A model generated the notes under the pieces. It saw only the letters and a program-made list of their open reading frames with translations. It had not been told where the DNA came from and searched no databases. Shown piece after piece: positions 24,324 to 37,900 of a stretch of DNA of 64,000 bases. Each line of letters starts with the position of its first letter. Position 1 is the stretch's first letter. This DNA is from Podarcis vaucheri (lineage: Eukaryota), in assembly GCA_965113315.1 (NCBI GenBank), contig OZ220370.1; one strand, 5' to 3'. The position numbers were made by a program, and so were the translations under genes.

Positions 24324-26744
24324 ATGGAAGGTAGGCAGAAGGAAAACAGCAGATCCCTAAGAAGGCAAGTACCTCTCCTCCTATTATTCTCTCTGTGTGG
24401 TCAGATTGCCTCAGAGGACATTCATTATTCCATCTCTGAGGAAATGGAAAAGGGATCCATTGTGGGAAACCTAGCTAAAGACCTGAGCCTGAATAATGGA
24501 GAAATAGGAAATTACAATCTGCATATCCTTTCCCTAGGTAAAAAGCAATACTTCACTCTCAGTGCAGAAAATGGAAATCTGTATGTAAGGGAGAGGATTG
24601 ATAGAGAGGAATTATGTGGTCAAACTGCATTCTGCTCCATCAATTTTGAAGTGGTGGTTGGCAGTCCTATGAATATTTTTCATATAACTGTAGAGATCCA
24701 AGACATTAATGATAATGCACCACATTTTGTAAATGGGGATATCAAGCTGGAGACAAGTGAATTGTCTTTAAAAGGCACCACGTTTCTCCTTGGACAAGCT
24801 GAAGATCCTGATCTTGGGGTGAATTCTCTCCAGAATTACAACCTTAGCACAAATCAGTATTTTATTCTGGAAGTGAGAGAAAGAAAGGATGGAAAGAAAT
24901 ATGCAGAATTAGTATTGAATAAACAGTTGGATCGGGAAAGTGAAAGCAGTTTCCAATTAATCCTTACGGCGCTGGATGGAGGGAAGCCTGCCAAAACTGG
25001 AACAGCCAAAATATGGATCACCGTCATTGATGCAAATGACAACCCACCAGTCTTCACTCAAAAAGTATACACAGTCAAGCTGAAAGAAAATGCCCCCAAA
25101 GGGTCATCAGTGGTCCAGGTGAAAGCCACAGATAGAGATGATGGTTCAAATGCCCAGATAAATTATAGTTTTAGTAACATCCCTGAAATTGCTCGCCAGA
25201 AATTCTACCTGGATCCACAAGATGGGACAATAACACTTAAAGAGGCTCTGGACTTTGAGGAAACAGAAGGACATGCAATGGCAGTGGAAGCAAGAGATGG
25301 GGGAGGATTAGTAGCTCACTGCAATGTTGAAATAACACTCCTAGATGAGAATGACAATGCCCCAGAAGTGATTCTTGCCTCTTTATCCAGCCCCATCCCT
25401 GAAGACTCTGCAGTAGGAACCCTGGTAGCCCTTATCAATGTAAATGATAGAGACTCTGGAGATAATGGGAAGATTACTTGTGACATACAACACACTTTGC
25501 CATTCAAGATGGTATCAGCCTCCAATAATTATTATAAGCTTCTCACAGATGCCCCCTTGGACAGAGAAAGAACTCCAGAGTACAATATCACAGTCACAGC
25601 CACAGACAAAGGCAACCCTCCTCTTTCCACATACAAAACCATCACACTGCAGATCTCTGACATCAATGACAACTGCCCTGCCTTTGAGAAACCCTATTAT
25701 ACGGCCTATGTCCCGGAGAACAATCCTTCAGGCTCCTCCATTTTCAGGGTCAAAGCCTCTGACCCAGATGTGGACCAGAATGCTCAAATCTCCTACTCCA
25801 TTCGCAACAGCATCACCGAGGGGCTGCCTCTCTCATCCTTCCTCTCCATTAATTCTGAGACTGGCACTATCTATGCTCAGCGCTCCTTTGACTATGAGCA
25901 AGTCAGGGAGTTTCAGGTGGAGGTGAGGGCCGAAGATGGAGGCTCCCCCCGCCTCAGCAGCAATGCCACCGTGAGAGTGTGTATTCTGGACCAGAATGAC
26001 CAAAGCCCTCAGATTCTTTACCCTTCTCAAGGAGTAGAGGGCTCCTCCTTGTTTGAGATGGTGCCTCGCTCAGCAGAGGAGGGTTATCTGGTGACCAAGG
26101 TGGTGGCTGTGGATGCTGACTCTGGACACAACGCTTGGCTCTCCTACTATCTGCTCCAGGCAACAGAACCTGGGCTGTTCTCAATTGGTTCCCATACTGG
26201 GGAGATCAGGACCTCACGGGCTTTTCTGGAAAGAGATGCTGTGAAGCAGAAGCTCATCATCTTAGTCAAGGATAATGGGCAGCCACCACTATCTGCTACT
26301 GTGAGTCTCAACCTGGTGTTTGCTGAGAACTTCCAGGAGGCACTTCCGGAAATTAGCCACCAGCCCAGTGACTCCGAGTATCAATCGGATCTGCAGTTCT
26401 TCTTGGTGCTGGCCTTAGCTTTGATCTCCTTCTTATTCCTCCTGACAGTGATTCTGGCCATTCTCATGAAGATCCGGCGATCAGGGAACCCCAAATTCCT
26501 GCAGTGTTTTGCTCCTGTTCCCCATTCAAACAACACGGTCATTTTCCCACCAAACTATGAAGAAGGAACATTGCCGTATTCGTATCAGCTGTGCTTATCT
26601 TCTGAGCCCAGGGTACAGGAGTTCACCTTTCCAACACCCAATGTTCAAACCGCAGAGAATATTTCATGCAACGCTCAGTCTGATGCACCTTTGGCTGCCA
26701 ATGGAGGCAATATCCTAATTTCTGAGATGGGTAGAGCTGATATG
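24324..26744 (+). CDS. PCDHGB: Protocadherin gamma-B-like variable exon 5 (clade B2)
   Basis: ORF 24324..26801; donor ATG|GTGAGT after 26744 (807 codons). Confidence 0.92.
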
Positions 26745-27073
26745 GTGAGTTGTTTTTTTCAACAGTACATGGTGAACAGATTCTGCATTCCCTGCATATG
26801 AATAGAGTACTAATATATTTTAAGCTCACTCATCTTGGACAGTTTTCTTTTGAGCAGTATCTGCTACTACACAATTGGTGCAAATTTTTTTTACTGAGAT
26901 TTAATATTTGAAAGTATGTTGTAATAATCAGTTTACTCTTTCATCTTTGTATATACAGGTAATATAGTTTAATTAATCATTTCATTCCCTCTGATTCCCT
27001 TTTGAATATTTGTATATACTTTACCCTCTTTCCCTAATCTTGATCTTCATGAATTCAGCTAAATGTCCCTATA

Positions 27074-27291
27074 AAGGTAAAGGTAAAGGTACCCCTGCCC
27101 GAACGGGCCAGTCTTGACAGACTCTGGGGTTTGTGCGCCCATCTCACTCAAGAGGCCGGGGGCCAGCGCTGTCCGGAGACACTTCCGGGTCACGTGGCCA
27201 GCGTGACAAAGCTGCATCTGGCGAGCCAGCGCAGCACACGGAACGCCGTTTACCTTCCCGCTGGTAAGCGGTACCTATTTATCTACTTGCA
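27074..27291 (-). mobile_element. 5'-truncated Sauria SINE, different subfamily
   Basis: AAAGGTAAAGGTAAAGGTACCCCTGCCC... tail; core ends TATTTATCTACTTGCA; TSD CCCTATA on both sides; tRNA head absent. Confidence 0.78.
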
Positions 27292-27659
27292 CCCTATAGA
27301 ACCAACATAATGCTGCAAATGGTGGGGTCTCTTGGCATATGTAAGGGACGAGGTGTGTGCAATTTGTAAGTTTGCAGACTTGCTTCAGACTTTTAGCTGA
27401 GGTTTTGGAGATCTTTACTGAAGAATTTTTGTGCTTTAAATGTTACAGAGTAAGAAGTGGGGTCTGGTTTCAGCCAGCTTTTTCCATAATATCTCATTCC
27501 TCCTCCTCCTCCACTGTTTTATATTTTTCTCCTCCAACAGGCATTGAGCATTGTGTTTCTACTGAGCATGCTCTGCTGTCTTTGGTCAGTTTGGGTTTCA
27601 CCTTCTCTTGTTTTTTTGTACTTCTGTAAAACTGGGGGTTCCCTCAAGACTATGGACAC

Positions 27660-27815
27660 ACTTGGTCTATCAAGCTCAGTACTGTCCACACTAACTAGTA
27701 ACAGCTCTCCAGGTCTTCAGACAGAAGACCTTCGCTTTCCTACCTCAAGATTCTGAGGATTGATCTTTGAGCCTTTTGAAGGAAAAGCAGATTCTCTACC
27801 ACTGAGCTATGACCT
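27660..27815 (-). mobile_element. Degenerate squamate tRNA-SINE (Squam3-like)
   Basis: AGCTCAGTACTGTCCACACT...CAGCTCTCCAGG...TCTACCACTGAGCTATG; a related + strand fragment lies at ~60612-60710. Confidence 0.45.
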
Positions 27816-28180
27816 TTCTGCTTTTTGAACTGGAACATCACTAGCCCAAAGCTCACGCCTCGGCCTGTCATGAATGAATGCATTGTGATAGTCACAGACC
27901 ATAGCAATGTATTGAGAATAATGAAAGGAAACTTTTAATATAAGGAAAAGCAAAGTGAATTAGCACTTCCATATAAAATCCACATACCCCAAGTTGACAT
28001 AGGAAATGATACAAAACAATAAGGAAATTAAAATAATCTTAAACATAAAATATATCAGTACAACAAAATTAATTTTACAAGATTAATAATCTAAAGCATT
28101 GGACTATAGATTAAAATCCAGTCAGTCAAATAAGTGTAATTATTCCCTTTTCCAACTAATGTATTCTTTTGTGCCTTATA

Positions 28181-28415
28181 CAGTGGTACCTCAGGTTAAG
28201 AACATAATTCATTCCGGAGGTCTGTTCCTAACCTGAAACTGTTCTTAACCTGAAGCATCACTTTAGCTAATGGGGCCTCCCGCTGCCGCTGCCGCTGTGC
28301 CGCTGCATGATTTCTGTTCTCATCCTGAAGCAAAGTTCTTAATATTTCTGGGTTAGCGGAGTCTGTAACCTGAAGCGTATGTAACCTGAAGCATATGTAA
28401 CCTGAGGTACCACTG
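28181..28415. mobile_element. Tc1/mariner (Tigger-like) MITE
   Basis: TIRs CAGTGGTACCTCAGGTTA / TAACCTGAGGTACCACTG; TA TSD; internal TAACCTGAAGC repeats. Confidence 0.88.
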
Positions 28416-29099
28416 TAATTTCTACAGCTGGTATAAATGTGACATGCTTTTTGAAGTTCAGGGGACTCAATCACAGATAAAGATAAACAGATAAAGACAA
28501 AAACCAAAGAAAGTTGGGACTGATAGATCTATCTTTGATGAATCAATTATTATCCCCATTATTTACTCATTTTGGGGTACAAATCCAGGGATTAGTTCAG
28601 TATTATTTCTTCCGAAATAGTTGTGCAATAGGTGCAATTCTTGATATGTCCTTTATAGCAAATTTGCTTCCCATAGGATGTACACAATTCTCTGTTTAAC
28701 ATGGTGTAGCATATAGATTTTGTATAATATGTGGAATTGTATAATGTAGATACTATTTAGCTCTACTTGGGTCTAGAACACTGCATACCACCCATGGTAA
28801 CTAGTGTTTGAGAAGGGGAAACCTTTGTAGCACACAGTAAGTGAATCTAATATTGCCCATGAAATAATGCCACGGGGGATCATTAAATCCTGGAAATGAT
28901 ATGTCAGGAAGGCACACTGATTTGTTCTTATTCATAAAATATAGGTGGTGGTGGGGAACTAATGCGCTCTGGTGTTGGGATGGAGTAGGGAAAGGGGAGA
29001 AGGAATGCTGACTGAGGGATACATACCTGTCTTTCAAAGATTTACTTTAGGATAACGTTGTAACTGCTAGTTGACTTGAATATCACAAGGAGCCACAAT

Positions 29100-31170
29100 G
29101 TCAGACCACAATGTCAGAAGTGACGATACAAGTACTCTTGAACAAAACAGATTATCTTGACCCATTTCAATCTGCTTTCAGGCCTCGGTTATGGGTCTGA
29201 ATTGACCTTTGTCACTGATGGGTGATCTTTACTAGGAGAAGTACAGGGGAAGTATAATCCTGTTAACCTTACCTGATTTCTTTCTCAGTGGCTTTTGACA
29301 CAATTACCTTTATATCTTTCTGAACTGACTTAATGGGATGGGTACTGGAGACACTGTTTAACAATGGTTCTGGTTCTATTTCCAGAGTTGGTTTCTGAAA
29401 ACAACCTTGGGTGTTTGTCTTTGAGCCCGCTGGCAGTTATGCTGGTGGGTGCCACAGGGTACCATTTTGTCTTCAGTGCTGTTTGACATCTATGAAGCCT
29501 CTGGAGATAGTCATTGAGCAATTTGGGGCAATGTGTCATCAGCATGCTGATGATGCTGAGCTCTACTTCTCTGTAACTTCTAAATCAGAAGCGGTTGTGC
29601 AAGCCCTGGACTAGTGCCTAGGCCAGTGTTTCCCAACCACTGTTCCGCGGCACACTAGTGTGCCGCGAGATGTTGCCTGGTGTGCCGCGGGAAAAATTAA
29701 AAAATTTGAAAGATTTTTTTTAAGTCAAATTTTCGATTGGGGGGCCGCCGTCACTAGATGACCCCTGGGGTTCCCTCCCTCCCTCCCGCTCTGCGCCTCC
29801 CTCCTCCTCCTCCTCCGGGGAGGCCCTTCCTGGCTCTCGGCCAAGGCTTGGCGGCTGCCACTCACTCACTCGCTCGCCCACCCGTCCCTCCATCCCTGCA
29901 CCCGGCCTCTCCCCCTCCGTCCCCGGCGCGGGGGCTGCCGGGATCCGTAGTCCCCTTGCCCTTGGGCTCCGCGCCCGCGCGGGGTGCACAAACTACGTTT
30001 CCCAGCGTGGCCTGGCGGGCCGGGCGTTTTGTTTGAAGCGCTCTTCTCCCGGCCATGGAATGAGCGCAGCGGTGGCTGGGCGGGCAGGGGCTCTTCCGCG
30101 CAGACCCCGCGCAGCCTGCCTGCGCCCCCGCGGAGATCGGGCGGCAGGATGGAGCCCGGGGATCCCCGCGGAGGCGGAGCGGGAGGCTGCCCCCCAGGTA
30201 GGGCTGCGTCGGGGGGGGTTTATTTTTGCAATGCTGCATCCGCGCCGGAGGGGACGCATCGGACCGCGGGGAGACCCCTTGGCGGGCGTGCAAGGCAATG
30301 CATGCGTGCAGGCGTTGCATGGAGTGCAGTGCAATGCAATGGCAACGCGGCGCCCTGCATGCATGCATGCAACTTCCACCGGCGCTCCGGACTTGGCAGG
30401 TGAGGGGGGTCCCCAGTGGGCGGCAGAGAGAGCCGGGAGGGCGAAGGGGAGCCGGGGGGGAGCAGCGCTGCTCCCCGAGCCGAGCCCGGGGGGAAACTTC
30501 GGCGTCGTTGCGCCGGGTGTTGGAAGTGGAGGCTGGTGGGGCCCCCTCACCTGCAAAACCTGGTCGCCTCTCATATATTTCGTGCATTGCATTCATCGCC
30601 CGCTTTCTCCTCCAAGGAGCTCCCGGGGGCGCGCGTGGTTCTCCCTGTGTTATCCTCGCAACAACAGCCCTGCGAGGTGGGTCAGGCGAGTGGCCCAAGG
30701 GATTGTCCTGGCCAGGTGGGGTGATTTGAACCCTGCTCTCTGCCCAGTCTTCGTCCTCATTTAGCTCCCACATGTGCATGACTGTGCATGACTGAGGTTT
30801 TCCCCCCTCGTCTTGGCTATGGTGTGAGTCTGTGCTGTTAATTAATGGGGTTCTGCCTTCGGAGAAGATGAGCCAGCCCTCAAGGAGGTGATTATGTAAT
30901 TTGCTAGCAATTCATGTCCCTCCCGGCGTGACGCTGCGCGCTGACGTCACGGGGCTGTAATGGTGGTGTGCCTCAAGATTTTTTTTCATGAAACAAGTGT
31001 GCCTTTGCCCAAAAAAGGTTGGGAAACACTGCTATGTGTTCAGCTGAATGATGGCCAACAAAACTCTGAATCCTGGCAAGACTGAGGAGCTTTGAGTGGG
31101 TCTCCCTGAGGCTGGATAACTGGTCAGTTGTGTGCGTTGGGTGGGGTCCTCCTGAATGAGTAGGTTCATA
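29100..31170 (+). mobile_element. Decayed L2 reverse-transcriptase fragment interrupted by a hAT element
   Basis: LDPFQSAFRP.., SVAFDT, QHADDAELY (YADD) before 29623; ..ANKL.NPGKTE after 31032. Confidence 0.7.
29624..31031. mobile_element. Non-autonomous hAT (Charlie/Buster-like) DNA transposon, GC/CpG-rich
   Basis: Perfect 15-bp TIRs CAGTGTTTCCCAACC / GGTTGGGAAACACTG; subterminal GTGTGCC repeats; no transposase; no clear 8-bp TSD. Confidence 0.8.
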
Positions 31171-32041
31171 GTCAGGGGGTGCTACTATATCAATATTGTC
31201 ACCTGCTAACACCTTTTCTTTCTCAAAGCCAATGTTGTTGTTTTTTAGGAGGAAGGAAGAAACTAACAAGAATAGGAGAGCAAAAGCTCTGGTTTCTAAT
31301 CAAACACTAAAAAACCCTATCTGTGTTTGTTTTGTTTTCGTTTGACACATTTTGGTTTATGTTTGTGTTCTACAGGACAGCTGAGATCATTGTCAACTCA
31401 TAGGTTTATTCTGATTTAATTGGGGGGGAATCCCTTCTAATAAAACTGAAAAAAGCAAGAGATCTGTGATTGGGTAAAATTATCTGTTACATTTTGAGAT
31501 TATATCTTTGGCATCAAAGCAGAAATCACAGATATCAGTAACAATTGCCCATGTTTCTATCAGGGAAATGCAAAATAAGATCAATGGGATATCAGTGCTG
31601 GAATATCAGTACCGTAGTTCTGGTTTCCATTCTATGAAGCTTCGTCAAGTTTCTCTTTTAGTACAAATTATTTCCAGACAAAACAGTGCAACAGTCACTG
31701 TAGTAAAACCCCTTCAAGTAAAAGCCACTGAAGAGGTAATTCAAAAATAGAAAGGAAAAAAGAAATGCTGGCACATAAATTGTGGAAGCAGATCCTTGTA
31801 TACAAGGAAAGTTGCACTTGGAGAAACACAGAATCCTATCAGAGGAGATTCCCACCCCAATGCCAAGCCCTGCAGGAAAGAGAGAGTCCCCAATATATGA
31901 CTGCCCAGGCTCTGCTTGAATAACTGCAGCAAAGCAGCTCCATTGCTGATCACCTCTTAGCATTGGGATGTTTCTCCTTCACATTCCAAAATATAATACC
32001 CAAACTGCTGTTCTATTTTCAACTAAATGAGAAAAATCCCT

Positions 32042-32084
32042 TGTAGTTCTCCATCTGAGCCTCAGAGTGTCACTGTTGGCCAGT
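32042..32084 (+). promoter_or_regulatory. CSE of exon 6 (CACT variant)
   Basis: TGTAGTTCTCCATCTGAGCCTCAGAGTGTCACTGTTGGCCAGT. Confidence 0.8.
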
Positions 32085-32341
32085 GTGGCAGCCAGACTGA
32101 TAAGAGAAAAGATCCACGCATGTGTTTCCCAGGGAGCAACTGTTTAATCATTGCTGTGCAAGTTGGACACGCAGCACATCACAAAGACAGAGCAATCCTG
32201 CTAGAAAGGAAAAGAAAATTCAACTACTTTCTGTAAACATTAAGAAGAAAGGCAGCTTATTTTTCCTTATGGTGATCCTGCACCTTGAAGGGGCTTTGAT
32301 CTGATCTGCAAAAGGAAGCAGCTAATTTGTTGTAAAGCCAG

Positions 32342-34762
32342 ATGGACAGAAGACATGACGACAATGGCAGAGCGCTTAGAAGGCAAGTACTGCTTCTCTT
32401 ACTTTTGTCGCCTTCCTGCTGGGCTGCCTCAGAGCAGATTCGTTATTCTATCCCTGAGGAGATGGCAAAGGGTTCGATTGTGGGGAATCTTGCCAAGGAT
32501 TTGGGACTGAATACAAGAGATCTTGCAAAGCGCAATCTGCATGCTGTCTCTGTGAACAAAATGCAGTATTTCAGTATTAATGCAGAAAATGGAAACCTCT
32601 ATGTAAGTGACAGAATAGATAGGGAGCAGCTATGTGACATAACTCCCATTTGTGTAGTAAACTTTGAAGTGGTAGTTGAAAATCCCCTCAATATCTTCCA
32701 TTTAACTATAGCAATTCAGGACATTAATGATAATGCACCACTGTTTCCCAATGATAACATCAACTTGGAGACAAGTGAACTTACTGTACCAGGCGCACGA
32801 TTTCTCCTTGGGAAAGCTGAAGATCCTGACATTGGGATGAATTCCCTCCAGAATTACCAGTTGAGCACCAATCGGTACTTCACTTTGGAAGTTAGAGAAA
32901 TGGAAGATGGAAGTAAAAATGCAGAACTGGTGTTGCAGAAATCTTTGGATCGGGAAAGTGAGCACTCTCTTCACTTGATCCTTACAGCCTTGGATGGGGG
33001 GGAACCCAGAAAAATGGGGACTGCCCAGATATGGATTAATGTCACAGATGCCAATGACAACCCACCAGTTTTCACTCAAGAAGTGTACAAGGTCAGTGTG
33101 CATGAAGAAGCTCCTGTTGGGTCCTTTGTGCTCCAAGTTGTAGCCTCTGACAAAGATGATGGTTTAAACGCCCAGATCAGATATGAATTCAGCAACATTC
33201 CAGTGAATGGACAAAAGAAATTTGGCCTGGATCCAATTGATGGCATAATCTCCCTTCTGCAGATGTTGGATTTTGAGGAAACAAGAAGATATACTATGAC
33301 AGCAGCAGCAAAGGATGGAGGTGGATTGGTGACACACTGCAATATTGAAATAAATGTCCTTGATGGGAATGATAATGCCCCAGAAGTGACGTTAGCCTCC
33401 ATGTTCAGTCCTGTTCCTGAAGATTCGCTGCCAGGAACTGTCATTGCTCTGATCAATGTAAATGACAAAGATAGTGGAGATAATGGAAAGGTCACTTGCT
33501 ACTTACAAGATGATTTACCCTTCAAAATTCTTCCCTCATCTAACAATTACTTCAAGCTCCAGACAGACAGTCTCCTGGACAGAGAAATAGCTCCTGCATA
33601 TAATATTACAATCACAGCCACTGATAGAGGAACTCCACCTCTTTCCACACACAAAACAATCTCACTACAGATTTCAGATATCAATGATAATGCTCCTTCC
33701 TTTCAGAAATCTTCATATGTTATCTATGTGCCAGAAAACAATCCTTCAGGTGCCTCCATTTTCACCATCAAAGCTTCTGATCCCGATATGGATCAGAACT
33801 CACGGATCACTTACTCCATCCTCAACAGCAACATTGAGGAGCTTCCCATCTCCTCCTATATCTCCATTAATTCTGAGACCGGCACCATCTATGCCCAGAG
33901 ATCCTTTGACTATGAACAATTCAGAGAGTTCCGGCTGCAAGTGAAGGCCCAAGATGGGGGTTCTCCCCCTCTCAGCAGCAATGTGACCATCAGGGTGTTT
34001 GTTCTTGACAGGAATGATAACAGCCCTCGTATCCTGTCCCCCTCACAAGAGGCCAAGGGCTCAGCCTTGTTTGAGATGGTGCCTCGTTCGGCCGAGGCAG
34101 ATTATCTTGTCACCAAGGTGGTGGCCGTGGATGCAGATTCTGGACACAATGCCTGGCTCTCCTACCACCTGGCTCAGGCCACTGAGCCGGCACTCTTCAC
34201 GGTTGGTTCTCATACTGGAGAGATCAGGACCGCCAGGGCCTTTGTGGAGAGAGACGCTGTGAAACAGAGACTGGTCATTATGGTGAAGGATAACGGGCAG
34301 CCGTCTCTCTCGGCCACCATGACTCTGAACCTGGTGTTTGCTGAGAACTTTCAGGAGGCCCTTCCGGAAATGAAGAGCCAACCCAGCAGCTCGGAGTATC
34401 AGTCTGACCTGCAGTTCTACTTGGTGCTGGCCTTAGCTGTGATCTCCTTCTTGTTCCTCTTGACTGTCATTCTGGCCGTTACAATGAAGCTCCGTCACTC
34501 AGGGCATCCCAGGTTCTTACAGTGCTTTGGTCCTGTTCCCCATTCCAAGAATGGTGCCATCTTCCCACCCAACTTTGAAGATGGGACTTTGCCCTATTCC
34601 TACCAGCTGTGTCTGTCTTCTGAGACCAGGAAGAATGAGTTTGCCTTCCTGACACCCAGTGTTCAGATGGTAGACCATATTGTTAGCGGTGAGAAACCTG
34701 ATGTGCCTTTTACAGGCAACAGTGGAAACAATTTTCATTCTGAAAAGGCTAAGGATGAAGAG
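32342..34762 (+). CDS. PCDHGB: Protocadherin gamma-B-like variable exon 6 (clade B1)
   Basis: ORF 32342..34846; donor GAG|GTAAGC after 34762 (807 codons). Confidence 0.92.
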
Positions 34763-34849
34763 GTAAGCTTTATGGTCAGGAATTATTTGTATTGCACCTT
34801 TGATACTCTTCCCCGCATTTCTGCAGAATTTTATATTCTATTTTAGCAG

Positions 34850-35900
34850 TTATGGAATAAGAGGAGATTGGTAAGTGGAGAGTAGGAATAAAGTGATTAT
34901 TCTCCTTATGGAGAGATGTAGAAAGTATGATCCTCCAAGAATCAGTATTGAGCTTTTAAACTTGTTCATAAATGATCTAAAATTAGGAGTGAACCATGAT
35001 GTAGCCAAGTTTGCTAATCCCAAATAGTTCAGAGTGGTTAAAACAAGAAGGGGTTGCAAAGAGCTCGCAAAGGATCTCTCCAAACCACACCGAGTGAATG
35101 GGCAGTAAAATGGCAAATGCAATTTAATGTGAACAAGTGTAAAGTGGGCCAAAAGAACTGTTGTTTCACTTATATGCTTATGGGGACTAAACAGGAATGA
35201 GATCTTGGGGTCATAGCGAACAGTTTGATGAAGATGTTGACATAGCATGAGGCAGCTGTGAAAAAAAAGAAAATAAATTTTGGAATACTGTGTATAGTTC
35301 TGGTCAACTTACCTAAAAACAGGTAAGGTGGAGCTGGAAAATATGAACCAAAATTGGCAAGGGGATGGAGCCATTCACCCTTTTAATTTACTTCGATACA
35401 GCTTAGAGAAAAGGCAATTAAGTGAAGAGATGGTATAGGTGTATATAATTATGCGTTGTATGGAAAGTGTGGATGGATAAGTGCCCCTTCCCCACATGAC
35501 ACTAAAACTAAGACACATCCAATGAAGCTGAATGTTGGAAGATTCAGGACAGACAGCAGAAAATACTTCTTCACACAGCTCTGAGTTAAACTGCAGAGTT
35601 TGTTCCCATGAGAGGTAGTGATGCCCACTAACCTGGGTGGTTTTAAAAGAGAAATGGACACATTCATGGACAACACTATTTCATGGCCTGCTAGCAATGG
35701 TGTTTAGATTCTATCTCCATAGTTAGAGAGAGTATGTCTCTGAATACCAGTTGTGGGGAATCAGAAGTGAGGAGAGTGCTGCTGCACTCAGGTCCCACTT
35801 TTCGGCTTCCTGTAGGCAACCTGTTGACCGCAAGGAAAATAATATTCTGAAATAGGACACTGGCCTGATCCAACATGCTCTTCTTATATTTTTATGTTAA
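34850..35900 (+). mobile_element. CR1 LINE 3' portion (decayed RT and 3' UTR)
   Basis: Remnants of PQxSVL..LFINDL..VAKFA...KDLSK..EWAVKWQMQFNVNKCKV; 3' end with GCTCTTCTTAT..TTATGTT. Confidence 0.75.
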
Positions 35901-37900
35901 TCATGTGCTTCTAATTTATTCTATCTACACAAGTTCGGTTAGCAAGTGAAGAGACTGTGGATTTGCCTGTATTTTATGTCATAGCTGTGTTTTGTGTAGA
36001 TGTCCAGTTGCTGAGGCTAAGAGTTTGGGGCTGAATTCAGCCAAGGAGATGTGCCAAATGCAGGAGGTCTGAAATGAATGTGCACACAGAGAAATGTTGA
36101 GGATGGGACTTGTGTGTGCACCTGCACACACAAGCATGCACATATTTGTCCCAAACACCTGTGATTTTGGTGAAGACAAAAAGCTGCTCCAAAATAGTTA
36201 CTTTTGTGTTTAATCTTTCTTCCAGTGTAGAAGGAGCTCCATTATTTTGCTCAGCTCTCTATCCTGAGAAAGCTTTTAAATGAAGGTCCCATTCACTGAA
36301 CGAAGCAATATGCGCATGCACTGTAAAGGTTCTACTTCTGAGGAAGACACACACACTTGAACTATGTCACCATATTGTTCAGAATTTCATCAAAAGAATG
36401 CAATACTGATCTGGAAATTCAGAAAATAAACACGGATCTTCTAGTCCTCCTCTGAGTGTACCAATTTACAATGCAAGGAATTAAAACATATATTGCATGC
36501 TTTCCTCTTCTACTCATAATAATGTGTTCACATCGGAGCCAAATATTCTAGACTACATTCTCCTTCTCTCTACATAATGGGAAGAGTATAGTAAGTGATT
36601 TTACGAGACATGTAGGTAGCCATAGCAGTGCTAGACAATGCCTTATCAAGTGCTGCTTTAGTATTCCACAACGTAATCTAGCATTCCACTGTTTAGCATT
36701 CTAACCATGATATTTTATTGATGTGACTCTTACCTTTGTACAATAGACCACATTTCAACCATGTAAAATTCAGAGGTTTCAATATCTCCACTTCTATAGA
36801 TCTGTGACTCTTCCAGTCAGGCAAGCAGCAATATCCTAGTTCAAGGACACATTGCAGCCAGCAAAAGCTCTTGAAAAGGGCAAGGAAGAAGGCCAGTGAG
36901 GGGTTGAGGAGTGTGATCTGGGAAGGGAGGGAAGCCTATGGAAAGCCTGAGGGGTGGGGAGAGAGAGGACTCAAGTTCCCAAGAAAAACTGTAGCATGAT
37001 CTTGAGTAAGCATTGTACTTTTAGTGCTGTTCTCATTATATGACTGAGTTGCATAAGTCAAGTAATGCCTTTAGAGAAGAAAAAGAACTTGCCAAACATT
37101 AGGAATTTCTCCAGGTATCCCGAATCACTCACATCACTGTCAACTAACACAGCTACTTACATGACTGATTAAGTGCCTCAACTGGCAAGTAGTTGAGGAG
37201 ACGATTGCCAGCAAGGCAATTGGTGCAATAGAAAGTAGAACTGTGGTACCTTAGAGGGGAAATTTTGTGTGACACAAAGATTCCAAAGGCCTTATTGCAC
37301 ATTTTGGGGAAATAACTTTTAAACTCAGAATTCATTAGGTCTGAGAGCTACTTCCTGGGGTTAAATATGTTGACACGTACCTATATGGATGAATAGTTTC
37401 TAACTGTCAGAAAAATACGATTGCACAACTGTACTATCAGACAAGGACACTAATCAGTCAGTTCAGCTTTCTGAAGCGCACCCCCATGAGCAATGCCAAA
37501 TGTGCTGCTACGAAAGTGTGAAAGCACCGTAGGGGCAAATTAAATGACTGGAATAATTTTCAGCACCCTTGTATGTTTATTACAAAATAATCAATTTTCT
37601 CTGGTATTTTGAAGCTATCATTCCTAAGTACTCAGGGGTAATAAGGTAGGGAAAATGACATAAATTACTTGGGAAAGGGATAATTTCTAAAATATATAAT
37701 TTGCTGGTTTTCTGTAGGTCAGTTTTGTCTAATTAAGTTGAGTTGTTGCTTATCCTAATTTCAAAACACAGAAACCAAACTCTAATTATTATTTTTTTAC
37801 CATACCACAAAAGATTCTCTACCTGAGAATCATTGTATGTAAGATTAAAAATGGCAAGAAATCCTTTACATGTTATTTACTTAAAAGAAAAGACACATCT

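Noticed and set aside
28181-28415. Short repeats (TAACCTGAAGC) or the 48-bp duplication at 23309 as a CRISPR-like array
   Set aside because: Vertebrate DNA; these are subterminal MITE repeats and a simple tandem duplication, with no regular repeat-spacer structure.
29720-30779. Overlapping 89-305 aa ORFs on both strands
   Set aside because: Low-complexity Pro/Arg/Gly/Ala products expected from GC-rich, stop-poor transposon DNA; no transposase motifs.
36338-36365. CTGAGGAAG...CACAC..GAAC as another hammerhead
   Set aside because: Lacks a paired stem II and the GAAA box.
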